The notes under the pieces were generated by a model. The model had not been told where the DNA came from, made no database searches, and saw nothing but the letters and a program-made list of their open reading frames with translations. Source: Candidatus Omnitrophota bacterium (lineage in GTDB: Bacteria; Omnitrophota; Gorgyraeia; Gygaellales; Profunditerraquicolaceae). Taken from it: DNA of 63,843 nucleotides. The stretch's first letter is position 1. The number at the start of each line of letters is the position of its first letter. The stretch lies in contig JAOAET010000017.1 of NCBI GenBank assembly GCA_026416665.1, forward strand, positions 1 through 63,843, in the 5' to 3' direction. This document shows, piece after piece, positions 20,102-32,395 of the stretch. A program made the position numbers and the translations under genes.

Positions 20102-20755
20102 TTAGATAACTACCACAAACTCCCCTTTATTAGAAGATTTTCTAATCGCAGAAATAACATCAATAGGTTTGCCCCGTAAAATCGTTTCGAACTTTTTAGT
20201 TAATTCGCGTGCAACTACAATTTCTTTTTCTGGCCATAACTGTGCGATGTCTTCTAGTGTAGATAAAATACGATGACAAGATTCATAAAATATTACTGTG
20301 CAATCAAGCTCAGCTAATTTCTTAAGCCTATTTTTGCGACTCTCTGTTTTTCGTGGCAGAAATCCTTCAAAAAAAAATTTGTTTGCCGGCTTTCCCGAAA
20401 CAACCAGAGCAGCAATAAGCGCTGATGGTCCAGGAATAAAACTTATTGGAATATTATTGGTTATAGCCATATTTATCAGATTATATCCGGGATCAAGTAT
20501 CCCGGGAGTTCCTGCATCAGAAATTAACGCAATATCTTTACCCTCTTTTAATAATTTTAGAAGATAATCTCCTTTGACAAAACGATTATGCTGAAAAAAA
20601 CTAGTGGTTGCAGTAGTAATCTGATAGTGTGATAAAAGTATTTTACTATGGCGGGTATCTTCGCAGGCAATCAGGTCTACTTTCTTTAATGTCTCAATAG
20701 CTCTTAAACTGATATCTTTAAGATTTCCAATAGGCGTGGCAACAATATAAAGCAT
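20102..20755 (-). CDS. rsmI: 16S rRNA (cytidine1402-2'-O)-methyltransferase
   Basis: MLYIVATPIGNLKDISLRAIETLKKVDLIACEDTRHS N-terminus. Confidence 0.9.
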   Translation of the reverse strand: MLYIVATPIGNLKDISLRAIETLKKVDLIACEDTRHSKILLSHYQITTATTSFFQHNRFVKGDYLLKLLKEGKDIALISDAGTPGILDPGYNLINMAITNNIPISFIPGPSALIAALVVSGKPANKFFFEGFLPRKTESRKNRLKKLAELDCTVIFYESCHRILSTLEDIAQLWPEKEIVVARELTKKFETILRGKPIDVISAIRKSSNKGEFVVVI

Positions 20756-20768
20756 ACCATTGCCAAAT

Positions 20769-21155
20769 TTACTTTTGGTTCTTTTGGGCTAAATCAATAA
20801 TTTTATTTATCTTATTAACTAAAGATTTAAGAAAATCTTGTTCACGCACATTTAAACGTAAACTAAAATCTCCTGCAATAATCTTATCTAGCGTTTCCTC
20901 TAAACGTTGTAATGCTCCAATTGCCCGTTGTAATAGAAGATACATAAGTGCTAACAATACCACTACTGCCAATCCAATAAAAGCAATCTGGAAATTAATA
21001 AACTGCAGTCTCCAATTGACACTAACACCTAACTGTGCTACTGACTGCCATAAGAACATCAGCGCTGAGATAATAAACGCTATCAAAATACCAATAAGTA
21101 ATTTAAGTAAAGGCAAAGTAAATGACGCTACGCCTACTTTTCTTCGTTCTCCCAT
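20769..21155 (-). CDS. small 2-TM membrane protein with HAMP-like domain only
   Basis: Two hydrophobic helices followed by LQRLEETLDKIIAGDFSLRLNVREQDFLKSLVNKINKI, a HAMP-like pattern. No output domain. Confidence 0.5.
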   Translation of the reverse strand: MGERRKVGVASFTLPLLKLLIGILIAFIISALMFLWQSVAQLGVSVNWRLQFINFQIAFIGLAVVVLLALMYLLLQRAIGALQRLEETLDKIIAGDFSLRLNVREQDFLKSLVNKINKIIDLAQKNQK

Positions 21156-21173
21156 TCTTCCCTCCCTTGTATT

Positions 21174-23012
21174 CTATTCAACTGTTACGGATTTAGCAAG
21201 ATTACGCGGCTGATCCACATCACAACCCCGCTGGACAGCAATGTGGTAAGCAATAAGTTGTAAGGGAATCGCTACTACCAAAGGTGAAAAAAGTTCCCGA
21301 CAAGGTGGTACATAGATTACTTCCTGAACATGTTCTCTTATCTTTGTATCACCGGTTGTTGCTATGGCAATAATTTTTCCTTTACGTGCCTTTATCTCTT
21401 GTAAATTAGAAATCATCTTATCATACACTTTGGAAGCACAGACAATACAAACCACTGCTCGGTATTCGTCAATAAGCGCAATAGGACCGTGCTTCATTTC
21501 TCCTGCCGCATAGCCTTCAGCGGGAATATAGGAAATTTCCTTAAGTTTCAACGCCCCTTCTAAAGCAGAAGGATAATTTATATATCTACCTAAATATAGA
21601 AAGGAACCAAAATGTGTGTGTCGATGGGCAATATGCATTACATCATGCTGGTCTGCTAAACATTTTTCTATAAGCGCGGGGATATTGCTTAACTCTTTTA
21701 GCAAACTTGTTATAAACTCACCCGAAATTGTGTTGCGAAGCCTTCCAAGGTAAAGGGCAAATAGATAAAGAGCAGCTAATTGTGCAGTATATGCTTTAGT
21801 TGAAGCAACTCCTATCTCTGGTCCGGCATGGGTATATATAACACTATCTGACTCGCGAGTCAAAGTTGAACCTAAAACATTACAGATAGCTAAAACTGGC
21901 GAGCCTCTTTTTTTTGCCTGCCGTACCCCTGCTAGTGTATCCGCAGTTTCGCCAGATTGGCTAATAGCAAGCACCAATGTATCTTTATCAATTAAAAGGT
22001 CACGATAACGAAATTCACTGGATACATCTACAGTTGTGGGTATACCACAAAGTGACTCTAACACATATTTACCAACATAACCAGCGTGGTAGGCAGTACC
22101 ACAGGCAACAATTGAAATATTCTTTATGGCCCTTAATGTCTCTTCGGGTATACGCTGCTCTTCAAAGTAAATATGATTATCTTGCTTTATGCGCCGATTA
22201 AAAAATTCAGTAAGGATCGCCGGTTGCTCATTAATCTCCTTGAGCATAAAATGTGGATACCCTGCCTTCTGAGCACTAGCCACATCCCAATCAATCCTGC
22301 TTATGTTGTAAGGAAGTTCTTTACCATTAAAATCTTTAATTATCACCGAATCTGCAGTAAGAATAACAAGTTGATTTTCTTCTAAAAAAATCACCTGCCG
22401 CGTATAATTAATTATTGCAGGGGCATCAGAAGCTAAAAAATACTCTTGTTGACCTATACCCACAATTAAAGGACTACCTAAACGAGCACCAATGATTTTA
22501 CACGGCTCTCTGCTGGTTATTACTGCTATAGCAAATGACCCTTCCAAGCGTTTAAGACAGGCAACAACTGCTTCTTCTAGATTATTTTTTTCGCTAAGAT
22601 ATGCTTCTATAAGATGCACTATCACTTCTGTATCTGTCTGACTACTGAAGCGGTGTCCTTTACTCATTAGTTCATCTTTTAGTATGGCATAATTTTCAAT
22701 TATCCCATTATGTACCACTGCAATCTCTTCATTACAATCTATATGAGGGTGAGCGTTTTCTTGATTAGGAGCACCGTGGGTTGCCCAACGGGTATGGGCA
22801 ATTCCTACAAAACCAGAAAGGGGTTTTCTCTTCAGAAGTCCCTCTAAGACATTTATTTTTCCCGGTGTTTTTCTAATGGAAAGGGCTTGCTTATTGGAAA
22901 GAATTACTGCCATACCGCTTGAATCATAGCCGCGGTATTCTAGTGACTTAAGCCCTTCAAGAAGTATTGGTTGGGCTTGTCGTTTTCCTATGTATCCGAC
23001 TATTCCGCACAT
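21174..23012 (-). CDS. glmS: glutamine--fructose-6-phosphate aminotransferase
   Basis: MCGIVGYIG N-terminal nucleophile, two SIS domains, C-terminal KSVTVE. Confidence 0.95.
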   Translation of the reverse strand: MCGIVGYIGKRQAQPILLEGLKSLEYRGYDSSGMAVILSNKQALSIRKTPGKINVLEGLLKRKPLSGFVGIAHTRWATHGAPNQENAHPHIDCNEEIAVVHNGIIENYAILKDELMSKGHRFSSQTDTEVIVHLIEAYLSEKNNLEEAVVACLKRLEGSFAIAVITSREPCKIIGARLGSPLIVGIGQQEYFLASDAPAIINYTRQVIFLEENQLVILTADSVIIKDFNGKELPYNISRIDWDVASAQKAGYPHFMLKEINEQPAILTEFFNRRIKQDNHIYFEEQRIPEETLRAIKNISIVACGTAYHAGYVGKYVLESLCGIPTTVDVSSEFRYRDLLIDKDTLVLAISQSGETADTLAGVRQAKKRGSPVLAICNVLGSTLTRESDSVIYTHAGPEIGVASTKAYTAQLAALYLFALYLGRLRNTISGEFITSLLKELSNIPALIEKCLADQHDVMHIAHRHTHFGSFLYLGRYINYPSALEGALKLKEISYIPAEGYAAGEMKHGPIALIDEYRAVVCIVCASKVYDKMISNLQEIKARKGKIIAIATTGDTKIREHVQEVIYVPPCRELFSPLVVAIPLQLIAYHIAVQRGCDVDQPRNLAKSVTVE

Positions 23013-23032
23013 AGATTTTCTAAAAAAAATTA

Positions 23033-23107
23033 CGTCCCCACGGGGATTTGAACCCCGGTCGAGAGCTTGAAAAGCTCTTGTCCTAGACCAGGCTAGACGA
23101 TGGGGAC
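23033..23107 (-). tRNA. tRNA-Glu (anticodon UUC)
   Basis: Manual cloverleaf: acceptor GTCCCCA/TGGGGAC, anticodon stem AGAGC/GCTCT with loop TTTTCAA, T arm CGGGG-TTCAAAT-CCCCG. Confidence 0.9.
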
Positions 23108-23117
23108 AAATCTATTT

Positions 23118-25547
23118 TTATTCTTCTTCTACAATTACTGGCGCAACACAGGCAACACGATCATTATCTTGCAACTTAATCAATCGCACTCCTTGAGCTG
23201 CCCTACCGGTTGTGCGGATATCTTTCACTGAACAGCGCAAAAACATTCCGTTTTGCGTAATAACCATTAGCTCATCTTTATCACTTACTGTCTTTAAGTT
23301 AACTGCTGGCCCGTTTTTATTGGTAACTTTGATATTTATAATACCTTTTCCACCGCGACGGGTCAAGCGATATTCTTTTGCGGGTGTACGTTTGGCAAAC
23401 CCAAGCTCAGTTACCGTCAAAATTGTTGCGTCCTTCTGTACTAATACCATAGAAATAACCTCGTCTTTTTTATCTAAGGTTATACCACGCACTCCTTTTG
23501 CTGCCCTACCCATATCCCGAACCTGCGATTCAGGAAATCTTATTGCCTTACCATTTTTTGTACCGATTAAAAGTTCTTGTTTGCCGTCGGTAAGTTCCAC
23601 GCTGATCAATTCATCTTTATCGTCTAAGGTTATCCCGATAATGCCCCCTTTACGCGGATTACTATAGGCATCAAGACAAGTTTTCTTTACTGTGCCATTT
23701 TTAGTAACCATTACCAAAAATTTATCGGAAGAAAACTGGCGCACAGGAATTGTAGAACTGACTTTTTCTCCTTGTTTAAGTTCAAGCAGATTAACGATAG
23801 CTTTTCCTTTGGACTGACGACTGGCCTGAGGTATTTCGTAGACTTTTAGCCAATAAACCTTTCCTTGGTCTGTAAAAACTAAAAGATAATCTTTGGTAGA
23901 GGCAACAAACAAATGCTCAATAAAATCTTCTTCCTTTACCTCTGCACCTGTTACTCCTACTCCTCCTCTTTTTTGTTTACGATAAGCACTTACAGGTAAC
24001 CGTTTTATATAGCCATTATGGCTTATGGTAACGACTACATCCTCATCAGCAATTAGGTCCTCTATCTCTAACTCTTCTACTTGCCCAATAATCTCAGTTC
24101 TACGAGGATCACCATATTTTTTCTTTATATCTGTTAATTCTTCTTTTATAATTCCCTCTATCTTTTTTTCAGAAGCTAAAATTGACCGACACAATTCAAT
24201 CTTTTTCAATAACTCCAAATATTCTGCCTCAATCTTATCGCGCTCCAAAGCAGTTAAACGTTGTAGTTGCATCTCTAAGATTGCGCTTGCCTGTATCTGG
24301 GAAAGCTCAAATTCCTTCATTAAATTTTCTTTTGCTACAGGTATGCTTTTGGAGCTTTTAATAACTTTAATTATGCGGTCAATAAATTTAAGCGCTATCT
24401 TTAATCCTTCTAAAATATGCGCTCGCTTTAGGGCCTTATCTAATTCAAACTGGGTTCTCCGACGAATAATTACTTTACGATGGCTAATATAACAATCAAT
24501 CATCTGGCGTAGATTCAATATCCGTGGTCGGTTATCTACCAAAGCAAGCATAATCACGCCAAAGGTAGTTTCCAGCTGGGTGTGTTTATAAAGTTGATTT
24601 AAAATAATCTGTGGTTCAACATCACGTTTTAATTCTATTACTATTCGTAAGCCCTCTTTATCAGATTCATCACGAATATCTGATATTCCCTCTATTTTCT
24701 TTTCTTCTACTAATGCTGCAATAGACTCAATCAGCGCTGCTTTTTGTACCTGATAAGGAATTTCCGTAATTACTATTAAATCTTTACCGCTTTTTTGGTG
24801 CTCAATATTGGCTTTAGCACGAACAACAATTTTACCTTTCCCTGTTGCATAGGCCTCTTTAATACCCTCTTTGCCGCAAATAACCCCACCGGTTGGAAAA
24901 TCTGGTCCTTTAATATAGCGCATTAAATCCTTAGGCTCTACATCAGGATTATCTAAGACATAGATAATGGCGTCAGCTACCTCATTTAAATTATGGGGGG
25001 GGATATTTGTGGCCATACCCACGGCTATACCACTTGCACCATTAACTAATAAATTAGGTAGTGCTGCGGGTAATAAAAGCGGTTCAGTGAGTGAGGCATC
25101 AAAGTTAGGTCCAAAAGGCACCGTGTCTTTATCGATATCTTGTAGCATCTCATCAGCAATAGGTGCAAGTCGTGCTTCTGTATATCGCATTGCTGCCGCA
25201 GTATCACCATCAATAGAACCAAAGTTGCCTTGTCCATCTACTAAAGGATACCTTAAGGAGAAATCCTGAGCCATACGTACCAATGTATCATAGACAGCTG
25301 TGTCTCCATGAGGATGATATTTGCCTAAGGTTTCCCCAACGATACGCGCAGATTTTTTGAAAGGCTTGTTGTGCTCAAGTCCCAATTCGCGCATTGCATA
25401 AAGAATTCTTCTGTGCACAGGTTTTAAACCATCTCGGACATCTGGTAAAGCGCGTCCAACAATAACACTCATTGCATAATTAAGATAGGAATCTTTAACT
25501 TCCGATTCTATGGATACAGGTATAATTTTTTCGTTTCGGGTGTACAT
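23118..25547 (-). CDS. gyrA: DNA gyrase subunit A
   Basis: AMRYTE active-site Tyr motif, GKYHPHGD, C-terminal beta-pinwheel repeats. Confidence 0.95.
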   Translation of the reverse strand: MYTRNEKIIPVSIESEVKDSYLNYAMSVIVGRALPDVRDGLKPVHRRILYAMRELGLEHNKPFKKSARIVGETLGKYHPHGDTAVYDTLVRMAQDFSLRYPLVDGQGNFGSIDGDTAAAMRYTEARLAPIADEMLQDIDKDTVPFGPNFDASLTEPLLLPAALPNLLVNGASGIAVGMATNIPPHNLNEVADAIIYVLDNPDVEPKDLMRYIKGPDFPTGGVICGKEGIKEAYATGKGKIVVRAKANIEHQKSGKDLIVITEIPYQVQKAALIESIAALVEEKKIEGISDIRDESDKEGLRIVIELKRDVEPQIILNQLYKHTQLETTFGVIMLALVDNRPRILNLRQMIDCYISHRKVIIRRRTQFELDKALKRAHILEGLKIALKFIDRIIKVIKSSKSIPVAKENLMKEFELSQIQASAILEMQLQRLTALERDKIEAEYLELLKKIELCRSILASEKKIEGIIKEELTDIKKKYGDPRRTEIIGQVEELEIEDLIADEDVVVTISHNGYIKRLPVSAYRKQKRGGVGVTGAEVKEEDFIEHLFVASTKDYLLVFTDQGKVYWLKVYEIPQASRQSKGKAIVNLLELKQGEKVSSTIPVRQFSSDKFLVMVTKNGTVKKTCLDAYSNPRKGGIIGITLDDKDELISVELTDGKQELLIGTKNGKAIRFPESQVRDMGRAAKGVRGITLDKKDEVISMVLVQKDATILTVTELGFAKRTPAKEYRLTRRGGKGIINIKVTNKNGPAVNLKTVSDKDELMVITQNGMFLRCSVKDIRTTGRAAQGVRLIKLQDNDRVACVAPVIVEEE

Positions 25548-26380
25548 TAAACTACCTCTTGAGCTTCTGTTGTTTGTTCATTTAACTTTCGATTATTCTC
25601 GCTATGTAACGCTGTAAAAAGTTTGACTGAAATCACTATCCATAATTGTAAAGATATCATTCCAATTAAAAATTGTAAAATATCATTAACCGCCCCTCTG
25701 ACAAAGCCACCTGAACGCAAAACAAAGATGGTCTGCATAATTCCTAACAAAAAAATAAAGCAAAATAAAAGTACCCAAACACCAATAACTGAATTTACCT
25801 TTTTAGAAACTAACTGGTAACTTCTTTTAATTGCCGCCAAAGGAGAGAGGTTTTCTGCTACACAAGCAATATTGGAAACAGACCAACGTATACCATAAAA
25901 AACTAAAAAACTAACAAAAATCCCAGTCATCGCAAGTAACACTAAAACATTAACCCACAAAGAACTGTTCTGTGATAGGAAGTAATAAATAAAGCCCATA
26001 CCCATTGATAATAAAAAAACAAACAGCACTAAAAAAAGACTTATTAAAAAAGTAGTGCCCAGATAACGCCAAAAATGTATCCTTGTTTCTCGTAAAACTT
26101 CCCCAATAGATATAACTTTTTCCTTTGTTAAATTTAAAACCGTCACTATAAGAGCAATTTGCACCCATATTATAACTATTAAACCCACAAAAAATAATAC
26201 TGTTTGCATTAAAATAAATAGCCAATTTGAATTTTTTTGTAAAGAAAAAAATATATTTAGTAAAACAATCGGTAAAATTATAAGATAAATCCCTGTTAAT
26301 GACCAAAAATATCTGCTCCAGAGAACAAAGCTTTCTTTTATTAATTCTATAGGATGAATATTATCTTTTTCTTGATCCAT
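25547..26380 (-). CDS. polytopic membrane protein of unknown function
   Basis: 277 aa, about 6-7 hydrophobic helices, no recognisable catalytic motif. Stop overlaps the gyrA start by 1 nt. Confidence 0.5.
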   Translation of the reverse strand: MDQEKDNIHPIELIKESFVLWSRYFWSLTGIYLIILPIVLLNIFFSLQKNSNWLFILMQTVLFFVGLIVIIWVQIALIVTVLNLTKEKVISIGEVLRETRIHFWRYLGTTFLISLFLVLFVFLLSMGMGFIYYFLSQNSSLWVNVLVLLAMTGIFVSFLVFYGIRWSVSNIACVAENLSPLAAIKRSYQLVSKKVNSVIGVWVLLFCFIFLLGIMQTIFVLRSGGFVRGAVNDILQFLIGMISLQLWIVISVKLFTALHSENNRKLNEQTTEAQEVV

Positions 26381-26412
26381 TTTGTTCTCCTTTTTTAATT
26401 TTTATTTTCTTT

Positions 26413-28869
<2,457 letters not shown>

Positions 28870-29202
28870 TTAAATTTTATCGCGTATTTTTTTCCTTGCA
28901 AATATTTTCTTTTCACTAAGGCTATTTTTTAATCGAAAATCTAATCGCTGAAGATTCGGTATCAATTGCTTCAAATGTAAAAAAAATTTCTCTTTATGAA
29001 GACTAAAATAATATAACCAAACAGAAGAATCAACTGATAGCTCTAATACCCCTTGTCTCCAAGAAGCCAACATTAAGTGTTTTTGTTCCGTTGCAGAAAA
29101 AACTTGTTTTAAAATATTCTCTATCTCTTCAACAAATAAAAAATTCTGTCTTTTCTGCCATTTAGATAAAACTATAGAAATAGTGTCCTTTATTTGCTCC
29201 AT
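28870..29202 (-). CDS. DUF721 (DciA-like) protein
   Basis: 110 aa in the canonical position between dnaN and gyrB. The pattern ...GVLELSVDSSVWLYYFSLHKEKFFLHLK resembles DUF721. Confidence 0.6.
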   Translation of the reverse strand: MEQIKDTISIVLSKWQKRQNFLFVEEIENILKQVFSATEQKHLMLASWRQGVLELSVDSSVWLYYFSLHKEKFFLHLKQLIPNLQRLDFRLKNSLSEKKIFARKKIRDKI

Positions 29203-29203
29203 C

Positions 29204-30298
29204 TTATCCTAACCGCATCGGTAACACAATATAGATATAATCAGACATGCGTATTACTCCTGGCCGTTCTGAACCAGTTATTTCAAAATCAATTATTTCT
29301 ACATTTAAATTACGTAACACATCAATAAGGTAGTTAGGATTAAAACCAATAATCATTTCTTTTCCATTATATTCTATAGGAATTTCTTCTCGAGATTCAC
29401 CTATATCAGGGGTAGATTTTGATAATACAAGTTTATTTTTAAATATTTCAAACTTCACTGCTTGATAATCGGGAGTTGACAATAAAGAAGCTCTTCGAAT
29501 AGCTAAAAGGAATTTTTCGCGCTCAATACGCATCTTATTGTCAGTAGGTGGTGGTATAACTTGGGTATAATCAGGAAATTCTCCTTCTATAAGACGAGAG
29601 ATAATAGTGGTTCCGTTTAAATGAAAAAGAATTTGATTAGAACCAATCACTATATTTAATTCTGAATCTTCATTTTTTATGTTTCGTTGTAATTCCTGAA
29701 TTGTTTTTAAAGGAACAATTATAGAAAAATCTTTTTCTGTGGGCTGGATTAACTTTTTAGTATTAATTGCTAACCGTTTGCCATCGGTAGCTACTAAAGT
29801 CAAAGAGTCTTTTTTGGAAGTAAATAATATTCCATTTAATATATAACGTGTCTCATCAATAGACACCGCAAAAGCAGTTTGTTCTAACATTTGTTTTAAT
29901 ATACCTTGTTCAATAATTACTTCTTGTTTTTCTTTTAATTCGGGCAGTTTGGGAAACTCTTCTGCTGCTAACCCAATTATTTTAAAATAACAATTCTGTG
30001 TTTCGATAGAAATAATATTATTTTTTTTAGTAGTTAAATGAATTGTGTTTTCTGGTAATTCTTTAATAATACTACTAAATCTTCGTGCAGGAATAGTAAT
30101 GGCACCTTGTTCATGAACTTCCACAGGAATTACACAGGAAATTCCAATATTTAGATCTGTGGCGGTCATCTTTAAAGAATTTTTATGTGTTTCTAAAAGA
30201 AAATTAGAAAGAATTGGTAAAGTTGCTTTTGTACTAATAACATTAAGTATTGTTTCTATTCCTTTAATAAGTACTTCTTTTTCCACAGTTATTTTCAT
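29204..30298 (-). CDS. dnaN: DNA polymerase III subunit beta
   Basis: 364 aa; N-terminus MKITVEKEVLIKGIETILNVISTKATLPILSNFLLE; C-terminal LPMRL. Confidence 0.95.
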   Translation of the reverse strand: MKITVEKEVLIKGIETILNVISTKATLPILSNFLLETHKNSLKMTATDLNIGISCVIPVEVHEQGAITIPARRFSSIIKELPENTIHLTTKKNNIISIETQNCYFKIIGLAAEEFPKLPELKEKQEVIIEQGILKQMLEQTAFAVSIDETRYILNGILFTSKKDSLTLVATDGKRLAINTKKLIQPTEKDFSIIVPLKTIQELQRNIKNEDSELNIVIGSNQILFHLNGTTIISRLIEGEFPDYTQVIPPPTDNKMRIEREKFLLAIRRASLLSTPDYQAVKFEIFKNKLVLSKSTPDIGESREEIPIEYNGKEMIIGFNPNYLIDVLRNLNVEIIDFEITGSERPGVIRMSDYIYIVLPMRLG

Positions 30299-30428
30299 TA
30301 CTACCTCCTATTATTTATATTTATTAAATTATTAATCATAATCGTATGTGCTTATTTTCTTAATAAAAAGAAAACTTTTTTAAAATCAATGGGTTGTAAA
30401 AAAATTTTTAAGAAATAAAATTGTGAAT

Positions 30429-31772
30429 TTATTGTTGAATAATGTTAATAATTCTTTCTACTTTAGCTTTTAAATCCTCTCTTTGTTGTATTTGTTCTTT
30501 AATTTTGTTATAAGAATGAAGAACAGTTGTGTGGTCTTTTCCTCCAAAATACTGTCCTATTTCTGGCAAAGAAAGTTCCGTGAGTTCTCTACTTAAATAC
30601 ATAGCAATCTGTCTAGGTAAAACAATAGTTTTATTTCGTCTTTTTAATTTTAAATCTGATAGTGAAATACCAAATTCTTCCGCAACACAACGTTGTATAA
30701 AATCTACAGTAATTAGTTTTTTGGGCTCTTTTAATAAATCTTTAAGAACTTCTTTTGCTAAAACCAAAGTAATTGGTTTTTCTTCTAACAAGGCATAAGC
30801 AATTACTCTAATAAGTGCTCCTTCCAATTCGCGAATGTTGGTTTTGATTAATTGCGCAATAAAAAATATAACTTCGTCCGGAACAGTTACTGGTTCGCGC
30901 TCTATCTTCTTTTTCAAAATAGCAACCCGTGTTTCTAAATCCGGGGGTTGAATATCGGTAGTTAATCCCCAACCAAATCGTGAGACAAGCCTGTCTTGTA
31001 AATTCTCTATTTCTTTTGGGGGGCGATCAGAAGAAATAATGATTTGCTTGTGAGCGTCATATAGAGCATTAAAAGTATGAAAGAATTCCTCTTGGGTAGA
31101 TTCTTTTCCCGCAATAAAGTGTATATCGTCTAAAACCAAAACATCTACATTACGGTAACGTTGACGAAAAGAAGCAGTGGCTTTATGGGTTATGGCATCA
31201 ATGAGTTCGTTGGTAAATCTTTCAGATGGCATATAGCGAATTTTTAAATGGGGAAATTTCTTCAAGATATGATGACAAATAGCTTGTACTAAATGAGTTT
31301 TTCCTAAACCCACTCCGCCATATATAAAAAGAGGATTATAAAGTTTACCGGGTGTTTCTGCAACGGCTAATGAGTAAGCATGAGCATGTCTATTAGAAGG
31401 GCCTACGATAAAATTTTCAAAGGTATAACGTGAGTTTAATAAAAGAGAATCGTTACCAGTATCTGAATATTTTCTAACAGTTGGTTCTATCTGCGTAGTG
31501 GAGTGTAAGCTTTCCTCTTTTGCCACTTCAAAACGCAATTGAAGCGGTGCTTGAACAACCTCTTTTATTATTTGTTCCAAATCCTTAAGATAATGAGTCT
31601 GTAACCATTCCCCAAAGAAATTATCAGGAACCTCCAATAAAAAAATGTTGTTTGAGTATTCTTTGGGTTTAAGAGGAGCAAACCAAGTGGAGAAAATAGG
31701 TTCTTTATATCTTTCTTTTAAACGTTCTTTGACTTGATCCCAAATAAGTAAAAAAGATGGTTTTTTATCCAT
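30429..31772 (-). CDS. dnaA: chromosomal replication initiator protein DnaA
   Basis: AAA+ Walker A GGVGLGKTHL, and the domain IV motif KRRNKTIVLPRQIAMYLSRELT...GGKDHTTVLH. Confidence 0.97.
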   Translation of the reverse strand: MDKKPSFLLIWDQVKERLKERYKEPIFSTWFAPLKPKEYSNNIFLLEVPDNFFGEWLQTHYLKDLEQIIKEVVQAPLQLRFEVAKEESLHSTTQIEPTVRKYSDTGNDSLLLNSRYTFENFIVGPSNRHAHAYSLAVAETPGKLYNPLFIYGGVGLGKTHLVQAICHHILKKFPHLKIRYMPSERFTNELIDAITHKATASFRQRYRNVDVLVLDDIHFIAGKESTQEEFFHTFNALYDAHKQIIISSDRPPKEIENLQDRLVSRFGWGLTTDIQPPDLETRVAILKKKIEREPVTVPDEVIFFIAQLIKTNIRELEGALIRVIAYALLEEKPITLVLAKEVLKDLLKEPKKLITVDFIQRCVAEEFGISLSDLKLKRRNKTIVLPRQIAMYLSRELTELSLPEIGQYFGGKDHTTVLHSYNKIKEQIQQREDLKAKVERIINIIQQ

Positions 31773-31820
31773 TCACACAATCCACAGATTATTCACAGAT
31801 TGGATAACTTTGTGGAAAAC
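31765..31820. other. DnaA-box cluster (oriC/dnaA promoter region)
   Basis: CAATCCACA (31778-31786, 7/9), TTATTCACA (31789-31797, 8/9), reverse ATTGGATAA (31799-31807, 7/9) and TGTGGAAAA (31811-31819, 8/9), scored against TTATCCACA. The site coincides with the strand switch of all genes. Confidence 0.65.
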
Positions 31821-31899
31821 TTTTAACGGGGAAAAATTTTTTTCAGAAATCCAAAACAAAATTATTATACACCTTTTTAGAATGGCGTCAATAGAAAAT

Positions 31900-31924
31900 A
31901 AACTAAACTAAACTAAACTAAACC
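31900..31924. repeat. pentanucleotide tandem repeat (AAACT)x4 plus AAACC
   Basis: Read directly: aaact aaact aaact aaact aaacc, ending 8 nt before the -35 TTGACA of the first rpmH promoter. Confidence 0.9.
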
Positions 31925-31932
31925 GCTATTGC

Positions 31933-31960
31933 TTGACAGTCAAATTTTTTATGTTACAAT
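31933..31960 (+). promoter_or_regulatory. sigma-70-type promoter P1 upstream of rpmH
   Basis: TTGACA, 16-nt spacer, TACAAT. Confidence 0.55.
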
Positions 31961-31989
31961 AACAACTCTTAAAGTCTTAAGGCTTTGTG

Positions 31990-32017
31990 TTGACGAAGCT
32001 TTTGTCTGTGGTATAAT
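31990..32017 (+). promoter_or_regulatory. sigma-70-type promoter P2 upstream of rpmH
   Basis: TTGACG, 16-nt spacer, TATAAT with a preceding TGG (extended -10). An RBS GAGGTAGG follows. Confidence 0.6.
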
Positions 32018-32039
32018 TAGTTTTAACTTGAGGTAGGCA

Positions 32040-32177
32040 ATGAAAAAAAATTTGAAAACCCCTTCTAATCTTGTTCAAAAACGTAAGCAAGGATTTCGTG
32101 CGCGTATGGCAACAAAGGACGGAAGAAAAATTCTTGCTCGACGACGAAGGAAGGGAAGAAAAATACTGTGTCCATAA
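32040..32177 (+). CDS. rpmH: 50S ribosomal protein L34
   Basis: My translation: [45 protein letters not shown]. Below the ORF-track size cutoff. Confidence 0.92.
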   Translation: MKKNLKTPSNLVQKRKQGFRARMATKDGRKILARRRRKGRKILCP

Positions 32178-32392
32178 TTTTTAAGAAATTTGTAATTGTG
32201 CTTTTGGGTGTTTACCAAAACACGATGAGCAGGTTTTTGCCATCTACTTGTCGTTTTATACCAAGTTGTTCTGAATATACAAAACAGGCAATTTTGAAAT
32301 TTGGGCTACGACAAGGAGCACTAATTTCTATTAAACGAATCGCTCGTTGCCATCCTTTTTCAAAGCGTTTTGGCTACGACCCTATAGAGTGA
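32168..32392 (+). CDS. yidD: membrane protein insertion efficiency factor YidD
   Basis: [28 protein letters not shown]...RCHPF motifs. GTG start overlaps the rpmH end. Confidence 0.85.
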   Translation: MSIIFKKFVIVLLGVYQNTMSRFLPSTCRFIPSCSEYTKQAILKFGLRQGALISIKRIARCHPFSKRFGYDPIE

Positions 32393-32395
32393 GCT

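Noticed and set aside
23013-23117. Possible glmS ribozyme upstream of glmS.
   Set aside because: Only 20 nt separate the glmS start from tRNA-Glu, and the remainder is the tRNA. There is no room for the ~170-nt ribozyme.
31900-31924. Tandem repeat considered as a CRISPR or minisatellite array.
   Set aside because: The unit is only 5 nt with no spacers, so it is a simple microsatellite. No CRISPR-like repeat-spacer structure exists anywhere in the window.
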